Origin: Acidimicrobiia bacterium
GTDB taxonomy: Bacteria > Actinomycetota > Acidimicrobiia > Spongiisociales > ZC4RG35
Assembly: GCA_965215185.1 (NCBI GenBank)
Contig: OZ244034.1
Span: forward strand, 2,759,844 to 2,823,843
Direction: 5' to 3'
Length of the DNA: 64,000 bases
Shown: one piece after another, positions 57,981-64,000 of the stretch
How positions within the stretch are numbered: the first letter of the stretch is position 1
Layout: every line of letters begins with the position of its first letter
Notes under the pieces: model-generated
Seen by the model: only the letters and a program-made list of their open reading frames with translations
Databases searched by the model: none
Told to the model about the DNA's origin: nothing
Made by a program: the position numbers and the translations under genes

Positions 57981-58203
57981 TGGCTAAACAGTAGGGGCGG
58001 TCGGGGCTTATGAGAGGGGGTTTGTGAGGCTCGGCTGTGACTATCGAAGCGGCGGCGTTTGTAGGGGTTGTGGTCGTCGCTGGGGTGTCCACAGTGGCGG
58101 TATCGGGGAGAGTGGCGGTTCCCGAGGAGGGATCTTCCCCACAGGCTGCTGCCGTTATCAACAGCAAGGCTGTGACAAAGAGAAGGTGGGGCCGGTTGTT
58201 CAC
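57964..58203 (-). pseudogene. Truncated lipoprotein (signal peptide and Thr-rich linker only)
   Basis: LLLITAAACG lipobox and TTTTPT linker; no globular domain before the stop. Confidence 0.55.
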
Positions 58204-58306
58204 CGCCCTCCCCGATCCTAACCTTGTGCTATCAGATAAGTCGTTGTAACGTGGGCTAGGTGACAGGGCGATAGGTCGCCACCCTGAAGGGATTGACTCC
58301 TGGTTG

Positions 58307-58885
58307 TTAACCGAAGTAGTCAGGCTCCTGACCAGGTATCCACTTGATGTTGCATCCGATGGAGGGTTTCTGGACCTTTGCCACCTCGTGGTCGGCCAGT
58401 ACGGCTTCCACCGCCGCCCGCAGGTCGCTTCCGGTCACCGGGACGGCATTCGAGGGCCGTGAGTCATCGAACTGGCCCCGGTAGACCAATGCCCGATCTG
58501 AGTCGAACACAAAGAAATCGGGTGTGCAGGCCGCCGTGTAGGACTTGGCCACTTCTTGGGTCTTGTCATACAGATAGGGAAAGGCGTATCCTTTCCGGCG
58601 GGCCATGGCGGCGAGCTTGTCCGGTGCATCGCCGGGATACTTATGAGCGTCATTGGCGCTGATGGCCACGATTGAAACGTCGGGTCCCCGGTAGTCATTG
58701 CCGAAAGCGACCAATCCGTCTTGGATGTGGATTACAAACGGGCAGTGGTTGCAGATGAACATCACCACCAAGGCTTTCCCGGTGCAGTCCGAGAGAGAGA
58801 CCCTGCCTTTGGTCACCGTATCCGTCAGTGAGAAGTCGGGCGCTTGTGTTCCGAGAGGAAGCATGGTCGAGAGGGTGTCTACCAC
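58307..58885 (-). CDS. AhpC/TSA-type thioredoxin family protein
   Basis: APDFSL, FICNHCPFV, ACTPDFF and PSIGCNIKW motifs. Confidence 0.92.
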   Translation of the reverse strand: MVDTLSTMLPLGTQAPDFSLTDTVTKGRVSLSDCTGKALVVMFICNHCPFVIHIQDGLVAFGNDYRGPDVSIVAISANDAHKYPGDAPDKLAAMARRKGYAFPYLYDKTQEVAKSYTAACTPDFFVFDSDRALVYRGQFDDSRPSNAVPVTGSDLRAAVEAVLADHEVAKVQKPSIGCNIKWIPGQEPDYFG

Positions 58886-58959
58886 GGTATTTCTCCATTC
58901 TGTAATCATCGTTGAGTCTCAAGACCCAAGATTAGACCAGTGGGTAGCCTTGTAAGCCG

Positions 58960-59871
58960 ATGCCTGAACTTCCTGACATCGCCTTATATCTGCGGGCGCT
59001 GGAACCCCGCATAGTGGGCCAGCAGGTAAAGGGCTTTGCCGTCAAGTCCATGTCGGTCCTCCGCACTTACCACCCTCCTCACGACGCGGTGGTGGGAAGA
59101 ACGGTGGTTGGCCTGCGGCGCATCGGAAAACTCATAGTGTGGGAATTTGACCAGGAACAGCTCTTTTTGGTGATTCACTTGATGGTGGCCGGTCGGTTAC
59201 GTTGGCATGATCGTTCAGGCGTCAAACCTCCGGGCAAGGTGGGGTTGGCCGCCTGGGACTTTCCTGGATCCACTTTGGTGCTCACCGAGCAGGGATCAAA
59301 GCGACGGGCGGGGATATGGGCAATTTCGGGAGAGGAGAACCTGATGGCCGAGGACCGGGGAGGTCTGGAGCCCCTAGAAATCTCTTTCCAACAGTTCAGC
59401 GAGGCGATTCGTGGTAGAAACCACACCCTCAAGAGGGCCTTGACCAGCCAGAGCATTCTGTCGGGGATCGGCAATGCCTATTCGGACGAGATCCTGTGGG
59501 AGGCTCGGCTGTCACCGGTGAAGATGACCTCCCGGCTGGACGCTCGGGAGGCAGAGCGTCTGTATGAAGCGGTCCAAAGAGTGCTGTCGTCCTGGATAGA
59601 AAGATTGGCCGAAGAAACCGGGGAAAGGTGGCCCACCAAGGTGACCGCTTTTCGACCGGAGATGGCGGTGCACGGCAAGTTCGGAGATCCCTGTCCCCGC
59701 TGCGACAACCCGGTATAGAGGATTGTCTATGCCAGCAATGAGACCAACTATTGCGCCGCCTGCCAGACGGAAGGAAGGCTCCTGGCCGATCGCTCGCTTT
59801 CCCGGTTGCTCAAAAAGGATTGGCCCAAGACCTTGGAGGAGTTGGAGGAACATGTCCGCGGGCGTCCCTGA
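58960..59871 (+). pseudogene. Fpg/Nei family DNA glycosylase with an in-frame TAG inside the zinc finger
   Basis: MPELPD, RRIGK, HLMVAG and GIGNAYSDE motifs. CPRCDNPV-TAG(59716)[17 protein letters not shown]...[15 protein letters not shown] continues in frame. Confidence 0.88.
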
Positions 59872-59923
59872 CCCAACAGCCCCCTCGATATTATGAGAAG
59901 TCAGTGACTAATGGAGGTGCAGA

Positions 59924-60820
59924 TTGTCCGTTCCTGTCCGATTGTCGGGCGTTACCAAGAGTTATGGCAAAGCCCGGGGGGTGATAGACCTCGACTTGGA
60001 AGTGCGGGCAGGAGAGGTCTTTGGATACCTCGGACCCAACGGCGCCGGCAAGACTACCACCATCCGGATGCTGGTGGACCTGATCCGACCTCAACAGGGA
60101 AAGGTGGAGGTGTTGGGTGGTTCCCCCAGCGATCCCTCCATTAGGCGTCGGATCGGGTATTTGCCCGGGGAGGTCGAATTCTATGAACGGATGTTGGGTG
60201 GTGACTTCCTAACCTACCTTGGCAATTTGCGGGGCAAGGGCGGAGATGCCCGAGCCGAGGAACTCGCCGAGAGAGTCGATCTGGATCTCTCCAGGCGGAT
60301 AGGAGATCTCTCCAAGGGAAACCGCCAGAAACTGGGACTGGTGCAGGCGTTGATGCATCGACCCGAACTGGTGATACTGGATGAACCCACCTCCGGGCTC
60401 GACCCCTTGGTGCAACAGGAGGTATATCGGCTCATAGATGAGATCAAATCCGAAGGGGTCACCATCTTCTTTTCCTCCCACGTTCTTTCGGAGGTGGAAA
60501 GGGTGGCCGATCGGGTGGGAATCATCCGACAGGGGAAATTGGTAGAAGTGGAGGAATTGGAAGCCTTTCGCCAAAGAGCGGTGCGCGCCTTCGAAGTGGT
60601 GTTCGAAGACTCGCCGTCTGCTGCCGAGTTCGAACAACTAGATGGGGTCCGCTCCGCCAGCGTGCATGGCAACATACTTCACTGCCAGGTAATCGGCAGT
60701 ATCGACCCACTGGTCAAGGTCGTGGCAAGCCATACGGTTCGCAACCTGGTGAGCCATGGCGCCGATCTGGAGGCCCTGTTTTTGGATTACTACCGAGGAG
60801 AGACTGAACGTGCTGAATAA
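59924..60820 (+). CDS. ABC exporter ATP-binding protein
   Basis: GPNGAGKTT, LSKGNRQK, LDEPTSGLDP and SSH motifs. Confidence 0.93.
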   Translation: MSVPVRLSGVTKSYGKARGVIDLDLEVRAGEVFGYLGPNGAGKTTTIRMLVDLIRPQQGKVEVLGGSPSDPSIRRRIGYLPGEVEFYERMLGGDFLTYLGNLRGKGGDARAEELAERVDLDLSRRIGDLSKGNRQKLGLVQALMHRPELVILDEPTSGLDPLVQQEVYRLIDEIKSEGVTIFFSSHVLSEVERVADRVGIIRQGKLVEVEELEAFRQRAVRAFEVVFEDSPSAAEFEQLDGVRSASVHGNILHCQVIGSIDPLVKVVASHTVRNLVSHGADLEALFLDYYRGETERAE

Positions 60821-61661
60821 CGTAACTCTGAAGACACTGCGGGACCGCCGCCGGTCGCTGCTTTGGTGGGTAGTGGGAATCTTCGCTTATCTGCTGGGGA
60901 TTGGAGCGATCTATCCCTTTGTGGCGGAGAATCAGGAGCAGTTCGAGTCTCTCATATCTGCATACCCCGAGGAGTTGTTGGCGATCATGGGCATAGGGGG
61001 AGACGAGAGTCTGTTTGATCCGGTGGGCTTCATGCAGGCAGAAGCCCTGGGGTGGATCGTGCCACTGGTTTTTTCCATCTTCGGCGCAGTCCAAGGAGCC
61101 TGGGCTGTAGCGGGAGAAGAGGAGGCCGGCACCATTGATCTGGTGATGGCCACGCCCCTCTCCAGATCCGGCTTGGTTTGGCAAAAATGGCTGGCATTGG
61201 CGTTGACGGAAGTAGTGCTAGGCGCGGCGCTCTTTGCCTCTATAGCCGTGGACGGTTGGCTGTTTGAGGTTGACATTCCTCTGGGCAACATCGGCGCAGG
61301 CGCCTTAATGGCGGTGCTGTTGGGGGTGTTCTTTGGATCATTGGCCCTTGCTTTGGGGGCCCTCACCGGGCTTCGTAGTGTATCGGTGGGGGTGGTTACC
61401 TTTGTGGCGGCAGGTTCATATCTGCTCAATTCGCTGGGCAGTTTGGTGGAGAGCCTGGATGCTTTGAAGCCCTTTTCGCCCTTCTATTACTACAACACCT
61501 CCAATCCGCTTCGCAACGGTTTGGACTTTGAACATGCTCTGATTTTGGGGGGCCTGGCGGTGGTGTTTATGGGTATTGGTCTGCTGGCAGTGCGCCGTCG
61601 GGATTTGGGAGTGGGCGGCATGCGTCTTCCCATACCCCGACTCAGGAAGGCCTCCGGCTGA
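60810..61661 (+). CDS. ABC-2 type exporter permease
   Basis: Six TM segments, AGEEEAGTIDL..ATP and SPFYYY motifs; GAGGAG SD before the GTG at 60810. Confidence 0.88.
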   Translation: MLNNVTLKTLRDRRRSLLWWVVGIFAYLLGIGAIYPFVAENQEQFESLISAYPEELLAIMGIGGDESLFDPVGFMQAEALGWIVPLVFSIFGAVQGAWAVAGEEEAGTIDLVMATPLSRSGLVWQKWLALALTEVVLGAALFASIAVDGWLFEVDIPLGNIGAGALMAVLLGVFFGSLALALGALTGLRSVSVGVVTFVAAGSYLLNSLGSLVESLDALKPFSPFYYYNTSNPLRNGLDFEHALILGGLAVVFMGIGLLAVRRRDLGVGGMRLPIPRLRKASG

Positions 61662-61693
61662 GCAACCGCCACCTGTTGGAGGTGGTTTAGATC

Positions 61694-62884
61694 ATGTCGC
61701 GTTTCCCAGGAGGCGCGGACGGCGCCCGGCCTATCGACCTCGGTTCCCGCAACACCAATCTTGATCTGATCCGGGGGGTGGCAGTACTGGGCATCCTGGT
61801 TATGAACGTTGTCTCCTATGGACTCGGCCCTGGTCCTTATTTCAACCTATCCGCGGGTGGCTCCGAGACCTGGTCCGATTGGCTGATCGGAGGATTCGGC
61901 GAGGTATTCGTTGACCAGAAGTTCATGGGCCTTTTCTCTGTGTTGTTCGGCGCCGGTATCGCCCTGTTTTGTGACCGGGTCGCAAAGAGGACTCGGCGAC
62001 CGGTTTCGCTCAGCCTGTGGCGCAACCTCCTGCTGCTGGGCATCGGCGTTCTTCACTATCTGCTGTGGGAGGGGGACATTCTGATCGGCTACGCCTTGGT
62101 CTCCCCGCTCATAATCCTGTTGCGCAATCGTCGCCGGCGCACGCTGTTCATTCTGGGCGGGGCGATGGTATTGCTGTCACCGTTGTCTGCTGTCTTGTTC
62201 CAAGCCGCTCTTGTGGGCGACGGAAGCGGATTGGGAGCATTTTGGACCGCCACCGGGGAGATGACAAGCACGGCTCAGGCTTTTATCGTTATCGATTTCT
62301 TTTCCAGGGCGGTGGGAATGATGCTGCTCGGCGTGGGGCTTTACCGCAACGGGGTGATAACCGGCGACCGCTCGATTGGCTTCTACCGGCGGGCGGCGGT
62401 GGTCGGCCTGGGTGTGGGGCTGCCCCTGGCGGCGATCGGCCTCGCCTGGGTGGCGGCAGACGGTTTTTCTCCTGGTGTAGCGTTGATTGGGACCATCCCC
62501 AACACCTTGGGTACTGTCCCGGCCGTGATAGGTTACGCCAGCCTCATCATCCTCTGGAATCGTCGATCAGAGACCTCGCTTCACCGGCGCCTGCGCTCTT
62601 GCGGGCGGATGGCGCTCACCAACTATCTGACCCAGACCGTCTTAGGTGTTTCGATCCTGCGCTGGATACTGGCCGACACGACTCTTACCCGAACCATGCT
62701 GGCCGGTTTTGTGATGGTGGTCTGGGCGCTGCAGCTCTGGTGGTCCCCGGCCTGGCTTGGCCGTTTCCGTTACGGTCCCGCCGAATGGCTATGGAGGGCC
62801 GCTACCTACTTGCGCCCTCAGCCCTGGCGATGGTCAGGCCCGCCCACTGGGGAGCAAATCAAAGCCGGGCCAGTTCCTCGATAA
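61694..62884 (+). CDS. DUF418 (YeiB-like) membrane protein
   Basis: LDLIRGVAVLGIL, KFMGLFSVLFG, GRMALTNYL and GPAEWLWR motifs. Confidence 0.9.
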   Translation: MSRFPGGADGARPIDLGSRNTNLDLIRGVAVLGILVMNVVSYGLGPGPYFNLSAGGSETWSDWLIGGFGEVFVDQKFMGLFSVLFGAGIALFCDRVAKRTRRPVSLSLWRNLLLLGIGVLHYLLWEGDILIGYALVSPLIILLRNRRRRTLFILGGAMVLLSPLSAVLFQAALVGDGSGLGAFWTATGEMTSTAQAFIVIDFFSRAVGMMLLGVGLYRNGVITGDRSIGFYRRAAVVGLGVGLPLAAIGLAWVAADGFSPGVALIGTIPNTLGTVPAVIGYASLIILWNRRSETSLHRRLRSCGRMALTNYLTQTVLGVSILRWILADTTLTRTMLAGFVMVVWALQLWWSPAWLGRFRYGPAEWLWRAATYLRPQPWRWSGPPTGEQIKAGPVPR

Positions 62885-63584
62885 GGGTTTGGCGAATGTG
62901 TTGGGCTAGCTGGCTGCCTTGGCGGCCTGCCCTTTTGTTGAGGGTGATCGGCGGTAGCACCTTCACGTTGACTGGCCCTCCTTTTATCAGAAACGACTGA
63001 GGGGGCCAGATAGCGCCGGTGCCCGAGATAACCACCGGTAGCACCGGACATCCCAATTGAGCGGCGATATGAACGGCCCCGCTCTTGAAGGGAAGCATCT
63101 CTCCGGTGAGACTGCGGGTGCCTTCTGGGAAAACCACCAGGGATCTTCCATCGGCCACCAGCGACCGCGCGCCGCGAATGATGGCGATCAATTCCTTACG
63201 GCCCATGGTGCGATCCAATGGGATCATTTGAGCTCCCCGCATGGCGGCTCCCAGCAGCGGGAATTCAAACACTTCCTTTTTGGATAAGAACCTGAGGGGA
63301 ATGGGTAAGGCGGTAAGGAGGGTCATAATGTCGATGTTGGAGCGATGGTTGGCCACGATTATGTAGGGCGTGTCCTTTTTGATGTTTTCAAGCCCGCTCA
63401 CCTTCAGCCGCATCCCGGACATCAGTACCCAGATTCTTCCAAAGACGTTCAGAATGCGGTCGCTGAAGGGCCCCCCGCGTCGAAACGCCGCATGGATAAC
63501 CACGGACAAAGCTACGCCCACGGTGGTGAGACCCGCGACCAGGTAGGTGATTACGCTGCGGAGGAAAGCAAAAGCCTTGCTCAT
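62859..63584 (-). CDS. plsC: 1-acyl-sn-glycerol-3-phosphate acyltransferase
   Basis: ANHRSNID, FPEGTRS and PFKSG motifs. Confidence 0.9.
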   Translation of the reverse strand: MSKAFAFLRSVITYLVAGLTTVGVALSVVIHAAFRRGGPFSDRILNVFGRIWVLMSGMRLKVSGLENIKKDTPYIIVANHRSNIDIMTLLTALPIPLRFLSKKEVFEFPLLGAAMRGAQMIPLDRTMGRKELIAIIRGARSLVADGRSLVVFPEGTRSLTGEMLPFKSGAVHIAAQLGCPVLPVVISGTGAIWPPQSFLIKGGPVNVKVLPPITLNKRAGRQGSQLAQHIRQTLIEELARL

Positions 63585-63625
63585 TAATCTAAGGCTAAAC
63601 CTATGAGGCTGCTACCTTGCTCGGT

Positions 63626-64000
63626 GTGAGGTTTACAGAGATCAAAACCCGACTCCGGGCCGAGGCGCGTCGCCGGCCCGTGCCCACCCCGGGTGAGTCC
63701 CAGCAGGTGTGCAAACAGGTGTTTAACTGGCTGGGAGGGCTACGCCCGGTTCCTGCCCTCGTCTGGATGGCGATGCCCACCGAACTTGATCTCAGTCCGG
63801 TGGTGAAGGCGTCTCCGCAGATCGAGTGGCTAACCACCCGCACCCCGTCCTCCGGCCCACTTACCGTTCACCCCTATCGCTCCGAACGCGAAATGCACCG
63901 TTTTGGATTCCCCCAGCCTGTGGCTTCGGCCTTCCAAGTGGAGCCGACCCGAATCGAAGTGGCGTTGACGCCTGGGTTGATGTTCGACCGTGATGGTGGA
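63626..64000 (+). CDS. 5-formyltetrahydrofolate cyclo-ligase, 3' end runs off the window
   Basis: Manual translation: MRFTEIKTRLR...WMAMPTELDL...HRFGFPQP...LTPGLMFDRDGG. Confidence 0.78.
   Translation, partial: MRFTEIKTRLRAEARRRPVPTPGESQQVCKQVFNWLGGLRPVPALVWMAMPTELDLSPVVKASPQIEWLTTRTPSSGPLTVHPYRSEREMHRFGFPQPVASAFQVEPTRIEVALTPGLMFDRDGG

Noticed and set aside
7291-59718. Genome-wide TAG reassignment (alternative genetic code)
   Set aside because: TAG ends several intact genes at family-typical C-termini (for example menB FPWHY, the NifU-like gene, DUF1015 and the SBP), so it functions as a stop.

Overview
A GC-rich bacterial chromosomal window. The gene set (caa3-type oxidase, Asp-type MurA, MenA/MenB, SUF, LLM oxidoreductase, UdgB, many AAACG-type lipoproteins) suggests an actinobacterium, probably Acidimicrobiia; this is inference from sequence style only. 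Most of it is housekeeping: ctaCDE plus subunit IV, lgt, DAHP synthase-chorismate mutase, tRNA-Glu, dsbB/tlpA, rpiB, murA, menAB, a serA-like gene, gltB, a scattered SUF system with two sufC genes, fumC, an ABC exporter and plsC. Two accessory catabolic clusters are present. Cluster 1 (4.1-10.6 kb) is eroding, with nonsense codons, a frameshift, truncations and a head-on junction. Cluster 2 (47.1-56.8 kb) is the most interesting region. It encodes a Pch2/TRIP13 (CBASS Cap6)-like AAA+ ATPase translationally coupled between a bicupin dioxygenase-like gene and an atypical M20 hydrolase, with no HORMA or CD-NTase gene in the window. It also carries a shared palindromic operator and a deletion scar. 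A second highlight is an apparently leaderless Phe/Tyr leader-peptide attenuator upstream of a DAHP synthase-chorismate mutase fusion whose DAHP synthase catalytic motifs are degenerate. No CRISPR array, integrase, transposase or rRNA was seen. Family assignments come from recalled motifs; no database searches were run.
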